The notes beneath the pieces were generated by a model. That model was not told the DNA's origin. It ran no database searches and saw only the letters and a program-made list of their open reading frames with translations. From a virus (lineage: Duplodnaviria; Caudoviricetes), in the IMG/VR virus record IMGVR_UViG_3300035182_001315: 64,000 bases of DNA; one strand, written 5' to 3'. Both the position numbers and the translations under genes were made by a program. Numbering within the stretch: the stretch's first letter is position 1; each line of letters starts with the position of its first letter. Positions 28,825 to 38,124 of this stretch are shown in pieces.

Positions 28825-31800
28825 TTAGATATTGGCTTGCAGTTGTTTAGCACTGATGTTGTTATTGGTTAAATTCACAATTAGATTATATGTCTTTCCA
28901 GATTCAAATCCAGCGAATGGTTTTATTGTTTTAGCGAAATCGATGCTATATTTCTGGTAAATGTTTGCACCATACTTCAAAGCAAAGTTAACTTGATAGC
29001 TTTCCTTACCGTCAGATGTAACAATCTTCGCACTTACACCATATTGCTTTGTAAGCGGTGTCTGCGGATTGTTCGCAATTCTGAAATCCAACGTTGTTGA
29101 GCCGGTTACAATGTTATCCAGCTTCACGTTCACTATCTTGGCACTATCCCCAGCTGTTGGTGATAACGGAACCTTACTGCTTGACACATCCGCTGTCTTT
29201 ACCTGATTGGTATTCTTACCATCAGCTGCATTTGTTGGCTGAAGCTCGTTCGGCGTAATCAATTGCATTGACTGTGATGTCATATCCAATCCTGTAACCA
29301 AGCCGTAGTTAGGTTCTGGGCTATTTGGAGAGGCTTTAAAGGTGTTTCTATCCTTTGGTAGACTTGTACTGATGTCGCTCGCCTTAGCGATGTAATCAGC
29401 ACGTGGGTCGTACACGTGAGCATTGGCAAAATAGTTAAATGACAAGGCATTCTGTAACTTGTTGATTGGCCCATAAAGACTTGAACCACCAATATACTTG
29501 AATGAAATGTTTACAGTCGCAATCATAGGCTGTACACCGATACCTTCTGGGTTTAAATCCCAAAGCTGCTCATCGAAGTTAAAGCTCATGTTGTCAATCA
29601 TAATCTTGGTGTTATAAAAATCACCAATTCTAAGGATACAAACAGGTGGCGGACCGAAAGCCAAGTTCTTAGCTGTAGCTTCTTTGATAGTAGGGCCCTG
29701 TCTTGTACACTGTAACAAGAATGTAAGTCTTGAGTTGAAACCTTCCGGTGTCATAGAGTGGAACGCTGGGCTGAAATACTTAATCTTCTGTCTGATTTTA
29801 TCATATACAGTTGGGTCAGTTTCCTTTATCTTCTCAAAGAAATCACATTCAGTATAGAATCTTCTTCTGATTGCTTCGCTCAACGCTGCATTCTGATTTG
29901 TATCATCAAGTATTGGGTCAGCTTCAGTTTCTATTGATGCTTGGTCGTTCTCGAAAACTACAGACGCAAATCTGTCGCTCTTTGGATTCAACTGGTCAAC
30001 CGGCGTATGCGGAGCATAAGCACCATGCTTAACAACTGATGCGTTGATTTCTGTTGTAATTCTGTTTGCTTCCAATACGTTATTGCTGATAAGCCAGTTC
30101 TTAAGAGCATTTGCTCTTGCCTTGGCCAACAAGTTGTTTGAGAATGGTACACCTTGGCTGCTGGCGAAACCAACAACACGTGCCTTACATGTCTTGCAAT
30201 CATTTGCAAGGTAAGTTCCCAAATCAGCCAAATAGTTGGGGTCTAACCAACCATCATATGACTTGTCTTTAATCTTTATCTTCTGTGCGTTGCCGTTCAA
30301 ACCGAAATTGGTATTGTCTGGCCAAGTATCTCCCGGCTCCAATGGGCCGTTAGCTCTTCTCTGCTGTGGTTCACCAACATAGTTTCCTACACCCGAACCA
30401 CCCTTTACGCTTTCATATGCGTTATCAATAACGGTAATGTCATTCTTAAAATAAACGTTGAACTGGTCAGGAATAATAACTGGGGTAATAACCTTCTTAG
30501 GTACTGCCTTGATATTATTCAACTCCTGCTTAACCTTTTCATCCTGTGTTAACTTATCTGCCCACTGAGAATCCAAATCAACGCAACCAGCAAACCATGA
30601 ACGAATAAATTCGTCAGTTGGCCCGTTGTCACCGGCAAATGAATTCATGATACTTGGATGGTCAACAATAATCTTGAAGGAAAGGTTACCCGTTCTTTCG
30701 GTATTGTTATACGTATAGATTGGTTCACCTCTTCCGATAAAGTTTGTTGATTCAAGACTCACTGATGATGACTCACTGAAGGTAAGGTCATAAGGTGGGA
30801 ACCACATGATTCTACCAAACTTACCAGTAAGTAAATCTCCCGGCCCTTGTTCACATGGAAGAAGGTTCACCGCTGGAGTACCAACCCATGCAAGGTTCTC
30901 AATAGAGAACATATATTTCTTTGGGGTGTCTGAATTCCTTGTAAGGTTATCACCACCCTGTCCGTTTCCATCATTCTTATAAGGAGCAATCTTTACAAAG
31001 CCATTGTCATCCAAAACGCTACCAGCGATTTGATTTCTCCATTTGTTGCTCAATGGGAATATTGGGCCACCACCTTCAGCTTGGTTAAGTCCTTTATGTC
31101 TGATTAATTTATTTACAGTATCATATCTGTTGAATGGAGTCCATACACGGCAAAATGTATTTTCAGCATCTTCACCACCACCAATAATCTGGCCCTGTGA
31201 ATTGAACTTGCTTCCCTTCATTACGGCAGAACCCTTTGACATACCACCATTAACGATTGATGTTTGTACCTGTGAGTACTTAGGGAATTTCATATCACCC
31301 TTTACACTCACCATGGTTTTCATACCAATACTGTTGAACAGTTGTTGAGTCTTCGCAAGAAGAGATTTCTTTTCACCTATAAACTCATCGTAATTTGCAA
31401 TCGCATTAACTGCAACACCTTCACCGCTTGTCCAAGCAAACTTCGTTGCAAATGCTCTACCATCATTTACAGAGTATGTGTTATTTTCAAATCCAACAAA
31501 ACCTGAATCTTGAGTCAAACCTTCACGGTTATAGCTAAGCATTGGGATTGTATTATCACTTGCATTCAGCAATGAAAGGACACTACCACCGTTATCGAAA
31601 TATGCGTATACGCTTGGTTGTTGTCCTGCGACAATGAAGTTACCACCATCACCTTTCTTGAAGTTAGGTGCATAACCATTTCTGAACTTGGTAAGGCTTG
31701 GGTTATCGTATTGAGAGATACCAATAAGGTTCGCTTGGAAAGATAAACCTAACGCTTGAATTTGTCCTTGTCCAGTTGCCTCAAGCATTGAATTAGCTCT

Positions 31801-32820
31801 CTTGATGTTCTCTGCATTACCATTCTCCGTTGAGAATATAGAACCTGCATCTGTAAGAAAACTTACAGGAACGGTGAAACCAAGAATTCGTTGAGTATAA
31901 TCTGCCACTTGTCCACCTGTCGTGGTAGGTGTGGTAATTTTAAAGTCTGGGCGAAAGCCTGCAAGTTGACCTGTCTTAACCAATGAAAGTATATTATCAC
32001 TAACATTCAATTTACCGAAAAGAAGTTGCTCCGCATTGAAGGCAGCATTGTTCGCTAAAGCTAATGCAAGTTGTTGTCCACCTATAACACCAAGTTTAGT
32101 ATCAGTAAGTAAACCAGTTGCAGTAAGAACTCTACCGGCAAGACTGCTACGAATATCGTAGTTAGTAACTATACCACCTTTTGCAAGGCCAAGGCCCTGT
32201 CCGTTAAGTACACTTCCAATTACATCTGCTGCTTGAACGGATGCTCCACCACCAAGATTTAACGCACCGTATTCATCTAAGTAAGATGGTAACTGCTGCG
32301 CAGTTTGGATTGGTTGAAGAGTGATTATTTCAGCCATATCAATCTGCTTGGTGTAATCCAGATATAAATTCTTAATCGTATTTAATTTACGATATTGCTT
32401 GAAGTCAGTTTTAGGTAAAAGACCGTATTGAGTAATATCCTCTTGAGAGTAGTCTCCAGAACCATTTGCTGAAGTAGGAAAATTAGCTGTTTTGCTAATA
32501 TTTTCGATACTGATAAGTTCAGTAGCATTAGATTCGAGATTCTTATAATGGTTCATTATAACAGCATTATTATATCTGAATACACCATCCACTTCAATAC
32601 TTACGTGTTGAATAACGGTATCACTACCAACTGATAAATCCAGTATCGGTTCACCACCCTTCGGAGCACCATTGATTGAAGTAGACAGGAAAGGATACTT
32701 GATAGGATTCTGGATATTCTTGTGTAGAAGGAAATCCCTCAATCCATAACCAAGTGCTGTACCTGTGATGGAGTTTTTTGACCCAGAAGTCGGAGAAGCT
32801 GTATTGTAGTACAATGGCAT
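28825..32820 (-). CDS. Large tail/baseplate protein with an OmpA-like peptidoglycan-binding domain
   Basis: 1331 aa. VVGFASSQG...NNLLAKARANALKNWL (OmpA-like); FGPPPVCILRIGDFY...PMIATVNISF (tube-initiator-like); directly downstream of the tape measure gene. Confidence 0.65.
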   Translation of the reverse strand: MPLYYNTASPTSGSKNSITGTALGYGLRDFLLHKNIQNPIKYPFLSTSINGAPKGGEPILDLSVGSDTVIQHVSIEVDGVFRYNNAVIMNHYKNLESNATELISIENISKTANFPTSANGSGDYSQEDITQYGLLPKTDFKQYRKLNTIKNLYLDYTKQIDMAEIITLQPIQTAQQLPSYLDEYGALNLGGGASVQAADVIGSVLNGQGLGLAKGGIVTNYDIRSSLAGRVLTATGLLTDTKLGVIGGQQLALALANNAAFNAEQLLFGKLNVSDNILSLVKTGQLAGFRPDFKITTPTTTGGQVADYTQRILGFTVPVSFLTDAGSIFSTENGNAENIKRANSMLEATGQGQIQALGLSFQANLIGISQYDNPSLTKFRNGYAPNFKKGDGGNFIVAGQQPSVYAYFDNGGSVLSLLNASDNTIPMLSYNREGLTQDSGFVGFENNTYSVNDGRAFATKFAWTSGEGVAVNAIANYDEFIGEKKSLLAKTQQLFNSIGMKTMVSVKGDMKFPKYSQVQTSIVNGGMSKGSAVMKGSKFNSQGQIIGGGEDAENTFCRVWTPFNRYDTVNKLIRHKGLNQAEGGGPIFPLSNKWRNQIAGSVLDDNGFVKIAPYKNDGNGQGGDNLTRNSDTPKKYMFSIENLAWVGTPAVNLLPCEQGPGDLLTGKFGRIMWFPPYDLTFSESSSVSLESTNFIGRGEPIYTYNNTERTGNLSFKIIVDHPSIMNSFAGDNGPTDEFIRSWFAGCVDLDSQWADKLTQDEKVKQELNNIKAVPKKVITPVIIPDQFNVYFKNDITVIDNAYESVKGGSGVGNYVGEPQQRRANGPLEPGDTWPDNTNFGLNGNAQKIKIKDKSYDGWLDPNYLADLGTYLANDCKTCKARVVGFASSQGVPFSNNLLAKARANALKNWLISNNVLEANRITTEINASVVKHGAYAPHTPVDQLNPKSDRFASVVFENDQASIETEADPILDDTNQNAALSEAIRRRFYTECDFFEKIKETDPTVYDKIRQKIKYFSPAFHSMTPEGFNSRLTFLLQCTRQGPTIKEATAKNLAFGPPPVCILRIGDFYNTKIMIDNMSFNFDEQLWDLNPEGIGVQPMIATVNISFKYIGGSSLYGPINKLQNALSFNYFANAHVYDPRADYIAKASDISTSLPKDRNTFKASPNSPEPNYGLVTGLDMTSQSMQLITPNELQPTNAADGKNTNQVKTADVSSSKVPLSPTAGDSAKIVNVKLDNIVTGSTTLDFRIANNPQTPLTKQYGVSAKIVTSDGKESYQVNFALKYGANIYQKYSIDFAKTIKPFAGFESGKTYNLIVNLTNNNISAKQLQANI

Positions 32821-32893
32821 ACGGTGTTTTTATATAAATACCATAGTAACCCATTTTTTGAAGAAATAAACCTCAATAACTCTTTTTACCAAT

Positions 32894-32916
32894 AAAAAAG
32901 ACCCACTACGGGTCTT
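32894..32916 (-). terminator. Rho-independent terminator
   Basis: AAGACCC-GTAGT-GGGTCTT followed by T's. Confidence 0.8.
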
Positions 32917-32990
32917 ATACTAAGTATGTTTGGTAAATGTATTTATGAAAATGTAGTTTTTATTATTTATTTTTATAAATTTATCATTGA
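32894..32990 (-). ncRNA. Candidate ~100-nt AU-rich small RNA
   Basis: Bounded by a promoter (33025-32995) and a terminator (32916-32894); no convincing ORF inside. Confidence 0.35.
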
Positions 32991-32994
32991 TAAA

Positions 32995-33025
32995 CAAATA
33001 TACGAATTTTTTTCCACATTGTCAA
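32995..33025 (-). promoter_or_regulatory. Strong promoter TTGACA-N17-TATATT(TG); also fits the TAnnTTTG consensus
   Basis: tgtcaa at 33020-33025; caaatata at 32995-33002. Confidence 0.75.
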
Positions 33026-33037
33026 GTAAATATAGCT

Positions 33038-35500
33038 TTATTTTCCAACTCTTTGCTGATTTATACCAGAAATTGCGTTAGAAGTCTCCATATGTATCAT
33101 TTTCGTGATGTCACGGATGAAACTTGGGGTATTTAGAAGGGTTCTGCCGACCTCTGGGTTGCTGTTTCCACCGGATTTTAGCTCAATACTACCTCCAAAT
33201 TTGATTTCACCGAAGGTAACGTTCAGAGAACCAGGTATTCCGCCGCCCATTCCGCCTGATTGTTGACCATTTCGTGCGCCAGAAATCAACTTTTCCTTGT
33301 TCTGGAAGTTCGGAGCACTACTATTCTGGATTGCCCTTGCCAAATCCTTATTTCCGTTCTCATTCGTACCGGCAATCATCGTTCCATCATCAACCTTCGT
33401 GAATTTATCCTTGTCGTTAAACTTAATAATACCATCATTAATCATGCTTGGTCCCTCATTTGACCCCTTCTTCTTTCCACTGAAGGCATCCCCAATGGCA
33501 CCGCCCAGCATAGAACCAAGCTGTCCACCCAAAGCAGTCCCCAGAGGACCCAAAAAGCTGCCCAATAAGCCGCCAATAGCGCCCCCAGCCACATTACCCA
33601 CACCCTCACCAATAGAGTTCGCAGAAAGAGCGTTTACACCGCCCACAGCAGCGCCACCAAGGGCTCCACCAAGCTTTGTACCCAATCCCTTGCTAATTCC
33701 ACCCAGCATGCTACCACCGCCGCCACCGCCACCGCCACCTACGGAAGCTGTCATATTGAATCCTTTACCCAACGCAATACCATTCAATAACCACTTACCG
33801 GCCTCAAACATAATGAACAGACCAGCAGAAAGCTTAGGAAATTTAACAATGAAGTTACCAACACCAGCGATGAAGTTACCAATACTTTCCGAGAATTTAA
33901 GAATACCATCCAAAAATTTAGGGTCTTTGAATTTTGTAACCAATCCTTGAAGAGTTGGGCCAAGCTTGGTATTAATAGCCTCAACCAACGGAACAAGCAA
34001 TTGCTTGAACATGGTATAGGTATTCTTTAACTGGTCATCAAACGTTTGCGAATCCTTGGCTCTTTGTTCCATAGATTCCCTTTGTTTAGATGCAGCCAAT
34101 AATTGTGCCTTATCAGATTCGTTAAGTGTATCTAAATATTTCTTACCACCATTGATTTGAATACTTGCTTTACCAGTTTTATCCAGTTGTGCTGTACTCG
34201 CAATGAACTCTTGCGTATCCTTATCAACGTTGATTGAGATTTGACTCTTTATCTTTGTAAACTTAGCAGCATTCTTACCAGACTTAACAAGGTCATCTAA
34301 TGCTAAACCAGTTTGTTGTGCAATGGTTCTAAGTCTGCTCATCTCAAGAGCTGAGATATCAAACTCACCTGTCTTCGAATTGAATTTAGCAGTTGATGCG
34401 GTTGCATCGGTAATTGCTTTAGTCAATCCTTCCATATCATTACGGGCCATGTTCATAAGCTTGAACGGGTCAGCAAGCTTCGCCCATTCTCCACCCAAAA
34501 CCTGCAACTGCGCAGACATATCAACAGCACCTTCAATGTCGAATAGCTTATCAGCAAAGCCAGAAGCAAAACTCATATCAACACCTAACTTGGTTGTTGA
34601 CTTCGCCATATCTGCAAGGCCCTTTACACCATTCTTGAAATTGTATTTGTTTAACAAACTAATGTTGTTGGAAATGTTTTTAATAATCTTTGATGAGTTA
34701 ATACCCAATGCATGGGCATCATTCATTGTTTGCTCAACATATTCGGCAGTACGCTGAGCACTGATACCAATCTGGTCGAAATCAGCAGCCATCTTTGCAG
34801 AGCCTTCAGCACCTAACCCAGTTGCAACAGACATTGAAGCCAATGCCTTAGCACCTTCTTTACCTAATTGAACTGTACGGCCCAACTCATCAGAATATGT
34901 TGCTTGTAGTTTTGCAATGTCACCAATACCAACACCATAATCAATAGTATCCATAGCGGCTGCTTGGATGTCTTTACTGAATTGTTGTGATTGATTGGAA
35001 AGAATACCCATCTGTAGAGCAGATGTTTTGATAGCCTTTGACATGTCAAATATTTCAGCAAAGTGAAGTTTTGCGTAAACGGTTTTGATACCAGTAACAA
35101 CACTCATTAAATCCTTACCACTCTGCTTGAAAATACTACCCATCTTGGTTGATGTCTTCAGCTGGGTCGCCAGAAGGTCCGATAGTTGCTTGTTCTTTTT
35201 AACCTCATCATCCAACCACTTAATCTTCGCCTTTTCAATTTCAAGTTGTTTCTTGGCATCATCGATATTCTTCTTGTTGCCGGATTTGTAGGCTTTGTTC
35301 AGTTCCTTTTGAGCATCAGACTCGGCAAGACGCTGCTTAACCATATCTTCCTGTAAGGCTTTGATGGTAGTTTGCATGTCCTTAATCTTCTTTATGGTTT
35401 TAGCATAACTGTTAGAAAGGTCATTTAACTCTTGCTGTTGGTCAAGGCTCTTTTTAAGTTCTTCAACCAGCTTTGCTATATCTTTGGGGTCTAATGCCAT
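33038..35500 (-). CDS. Tape measure protein
   Basis: 820 aa helical/coiled-coil protein with a glycine-zipper region (LGGALGGAAVGG...); downstream of tube and chaperone genes. Confidence 0.85.
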   Translation of the reverse strand: MALDPKDIAKLVEELKKSLDQQQELNDLSNSYAKTIKKIKDMQTTIKALQEDMVKQRLAESDAQKELNKAYKSGNKKNIDDAKKQLEIEKAKIKWLDDEVKKNKQLSDLLATQLKTSTKMGSIFKQSGKDLMSVVTGIKTVYAKLHFAEIFDMSKAIKTSALQMGILSNQSQQFSKDIQAAAMDTIDYGVGIGDIAKLQATYSDELGRTVQLGKEGAKALASMSVATGLGAEGSAKMAADFDQIGISAQRTAEYVEQTMNDAHALGINSSKIIKNISNNISLLNKYNFKNGVKGLADMAKSTTKLGVDMSFASGFADKLFDIEGAVDMSAQLQVLGGEWAKLADPFKLMNMARNDMEGLTKAITDATASTAKFNSKTGEFDISALEMSRLRTIAQQTGLALDDLVKSGKNAAKFTKIKSQISINVDKDTQEFIASTAQLDKTGKASIQINGGKKYLDTLNESDKAQLLAASKQRESMEQRAKDSQTFDDQLKNTYTMFKQLLVPLVEAINTKLGPTLQGLVTKFKDPKFLDGILKFSESIGNFIAGVGNFIVKFPKLSAGLFIMFEAGKWLLNGIALGKGFNMTASVGGGGGGGGGSMLGGISKGLGTKLGGALGGAAVGGVNALSANSIGEGVGNVAGGAIGGLLGSFLGPLGTALGGQLGSMLGGAIGDAFSGKKKGSNEGPSMINDGIIKFNDKDKFTKVDDGTMIAGTNENGNKDLARAIQNSSAPNFQNKEKLISGARNGQQSGGMGGGIPGSLNVTFGEIKFGGSIELKSGGNSNPEVGRTLLNTPSFIRDITKMIHMETSNAISGINQQRVGK

Positions 35501-35533
35501 ATTTTCGTGTGTTCTTTATAAATATCAAGAAAT

Positions 35534-35555
35534 AAAAAAACCCTTGTAAAAGGGT
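35534..35555 (-). terminator. Weak terminator after the chaperone pair
   Basis: ACCCT-TTTACA-AGGGT followed by a T run. Confidence 0.5.
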
Positions 35556-35562
35556 CGTTTTA

Positions 35563-35781
35563 TTAATTATTTGGATTAATTTCACCAGATTTGAGCTTGC
35601 TCTTCAGTTGATTACCGCCAATTGTGGTTGTACGGTTACCCTTTCCGCCCTTTTGTTTCGGGGCCTCGGCCTCTCTATCCTGTGCATCATGATTTTCCTT
35701 TAATAGCAGTCCAAGGTGGAACCGGCGCTCAGCTGTCGGCATAGTCAGGATATCCTGATAACCCAATTCCAGTCTTTTCAT
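35563..35781 (-). CDS. Tail assembly chaperone C-terminal part (GT/gp51-like); possibly reached by frameshift
   Basis: MKRLELGYQDILTMPTAERRFHLGLL; the frame is open upstream across the stop of the 412-aa gene. Confidence 0.6.
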   Translation of the reverse strand: MKRLELGYQDILTMPTAERRFHLGLLLKENHDAQDREAEAPKQKGGKGNRTTTIGGNQLKSKLKSGEINPNN

Positions 35782-35812
35782 ACAAATATGAATCTCTTCC
35801 CAGATTTCACGC

Positions 35813-37051
35813 TTAAAGTGCGAAGTCAGGCCAAAAAAAGCTGATGTTAAGTGGAAAGAAAGTCTTAACCGACCCACCCCCCGGAGTCGGAACTGTAAGC
35901 TCCAAATCAATACCACTTTCAATAGAATCGATATGTTTCTTTAAAACACTTCCGTCCTTAACTCGAAGATTCTTTACGAAATCATCAACAACTTCCTCAC
36001 CACGCTCACCATTAACCTCAACGATTTGTCTTTCCAATACGTATGTGTTATGATGGTTTACTGGGTCTTCAGCTTCCTTATCTTCCTGCATAAGCAACTC
36101 GATTTCTTCCAAATCACCAACATTCAATAGTCTGAACTTGATGCTGGCCTTTGAAACCGGCAAGAAGAAATCAAACAATCCTTCAGCATCAGGAGTATCA
36201 CCTAAGTGTTTTGATTTTAATGATGTCAAATCAATTTCAGTTTCAAATGGAACATTGTTCTCATCCAAAAGAGTTACTGGATACATCTCACCATAGCTGG
36301 TAGCTCTCAACCATAACATGATTGCGCTTCTATCACCTACGTGCAAGTCCTTATAACGAAGGTCAGATTCCAATAATTTTCTGTTGATAAGAATCTCTAA
36401 GAATTCACCACTCTGAATAAGATTTGGTGATGTAAGAATGTTTTCATCTGCGGTTGTCATGTATGCAACCTTAACGTTTGCTTTCTTGTTTTTATAAAGC
36501 TTTCCCTCGGAAGGCAACGGAATTAAGTCGAACGCTGTGTTAAATTGTGGTTGACTTAATTCTTCAATGTAATTGTTTTTTGGTGCTGTCATAGTAAGGT
36601 TTGTAACTTTTGTTGTATTAACTGGGGCCTTTATTTCGGCCTTCTTTACTGGCTTAACTTCAGGAACAACTTCAACAACTGGCTTTCTCTGTTCTGCCTC
36701 GGCAAATTGAGTTTGATATTTTTCAGTTGCTTCCTTGTTCTTTTGGAGTTGAAGGTTCCTTGCTTCAAGTTGAAGCTTGGTTCTTTCTTGCATTTGTCTG
36801 ATAGCTTCCGCTTCAGCGCCATTGCCCTGAATAGAATTATCATATGATTGAACGGCTTGTTCAACATTATGTTCTTTGTATGTTGCATCGACCTTTATAT
36901 TCGGGTCAGCAATAGCAAGTTGTGGAACAAGTACTGGTATTACTTCGGCTTCTGGCGTTTGAACCTCTTTAACATTGGTTGGAATAATCTTTTTCTTAAC
37001 CTCTGTTAATTTCACGGTTTTCTTGTCAGGGATGACATTTGGTCTTTTCAT
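35813..37051 (-). CDS. Baseplate hub assembly / tail chaperone (T4 gp26-like) with N-terminal coiled-coil extension
   Basis: IPLPSEGKLY...YMTTADENILTSPNL...GDRSAIMLWLRATSYG...FRLLNVGD...ISFFW. Confidence 0.75.
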   Translation of the reverse strand: MKRPNVIPDKKTVKLTEVKKKIIPTNVKEVQTPEAEVIPVLVPQLAIADPNIKVDATYKEHNVEQAVQSYDNSIQGNGAEAEAIRQMQERTKLQLEARNLQLQKNKEATEKYQTQFAEAEQRKPVVEVVPEVKPVKKAEIKAPVNTTKVTNLTMTAPKNNYIEELSQPQFNTAFDLIPLPSEGKLYKNKKANVKVAYMTTADENILTSPNLIQSGEFLEILINRKLLESDLRYKDLHVGDRSAIMLWLRATSYGEMYPVTLLDENNVPFETEIDLTSLKSKHLGDTPDAEGLFDFFLPVSKASIKFRLLNVGDLEEIELLMQEDKEAEDPVNHHNTYVLERQIVEVNGERGEEVVDDFVKNLRVKDGSVLKKHIDSIESGIDLELTVPTPGGGSVKTFFPLNISFFWPDFAL

Positions 37052-37148
37052 AATATAAAACGTTTAACTTAACAATAAATATAGGTTTTTAAGTTTTTTT
37101 GTAAAGAGAACGCTACAATTAGTGTATATTTACCGAAAATTTCCCCTT

Positions 37149-37463
37149 ATGGATATAATGGATATGGTTTATCCCTCTGGGGATGAAAATTCTTGGATGG
37201 CAAAATCGGATTTTAAATTTAAGGTCTTGATTGATAATTTAATTAGAAAATATGGTGAAACACCGAACGCATCTGATTTTACACCTCAATTTATAATTGA
37301 AATATCTCCCTTGTTAAATTATGAAAATTTTAAGGTTACCTCAAGACCAATTTTTTTATACGAGAACAGGGTTTACTCAATAGACGAAACTGATGATACA
37401 ACAGAGATACTTAAACAATACTTGGATGATGGAAAGACCATCTGTATTATAACTCATATATAA
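37149..37463 (+). CDS. Hypothetical AT-rich protein on the opposite strand (moron-like)
   Basis: ATG at 37149; TATATTTA element at 37125-37132; ends at a bidirectional terminator. Confidence 0.55.
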   Translation: MDIMDMVYPSGDENSWMAKSDFKFKVLIDNLIRKYGETPNASDFTPQFIIEISPLLNYENFKVTSRPIFLYENRVYSIDETDDTTEILKQYLDDGKTICIITHI

Positions 37464-37513
37464 AACACAATAAAATAGTACATATCTATACAATGCCTTA
37501 CGGTACAAAAAAT

Positions 37514-37543
37514 AAAAAATCCCCTAATGAATAGGGGATTTTC
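37514..37543. terminator. Bidirectional terminator
   Basis: AAAAAATCCCCTA-ATGAA-TAGGGGATTTT between convergent genes. Confidence 0.85.
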
Positions 37544-37566
37544 TTTATTAAGAATTTGATATTAAA

Positions 37567-38055
37567 TTAGAACAACAAGATAGCTCTGTCGAATCTAAGG
37601 GTAGCTGTAATTTCAGCGATACCATCATCATCCATTGCCAAGTCACCGAATACAACGTTTGTTAACATCGTACCATCAAGCAACCACTTTTCAACCACAA
37701 CACCCGTTGGGTCAAGCATTTCCAATTCAACTGGTCTCTTGTAACCTGCTGCGTAACCTTGTCTACCTGTTATAGTCTCAGAGTGTAAACGTACCCATTC
37801 CATGATAGCCTGAGATGCGGAAGGACCAATTGGGTCTCTGAAGGTAACGTCAATGTTTTCCCAAGTGAAACGACCAATAACCCAAGTAGAAGTATTAAGG
37901 AAAGGAATTTCTACTTCATTCTGTGTAATTGAAGGTCTGGAAGCTGTTGACAACCACCATTGTTGAATACCTAAATCAGCAGGGAATGTAATAAGCCAAC
38001 GATTCTTTTTCTTAGGTTCGTAAGGCAAAGGCATTTTCATGAGTAAATCGGCCAT
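37567..38055 (-). CDS. Tail tube protein (T4 gp19-like)
   Basis: YEPKKKNRW...GRFTWENIDVTFRDPIGPSASQAIMEW...LEMLDPTGVVVEKW...LRFDRA. Confidence 0.9.
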   Translation of the reverse strand: MADLLMKMPLPYEPKKKNRWLITFPADLGIQQWWLSTASRPSITQNEVEIPFLNTSTWVIGRFTWENIDVTFRDPIGPSASQAIMEWVRLHSETITGRQGYAAGYKRPVELEMLDPTGVVVEKWLLDGTMLTNVVFGDLAMDDDGIAEITATLRFDRAILLF

Positions 38056-38124
38056 ATTCGTAAAATTTTAGTTTAAACTTATTTTTATATAAATATGCGG
38101 TAATTGCATTTTTATTAATTTTTT

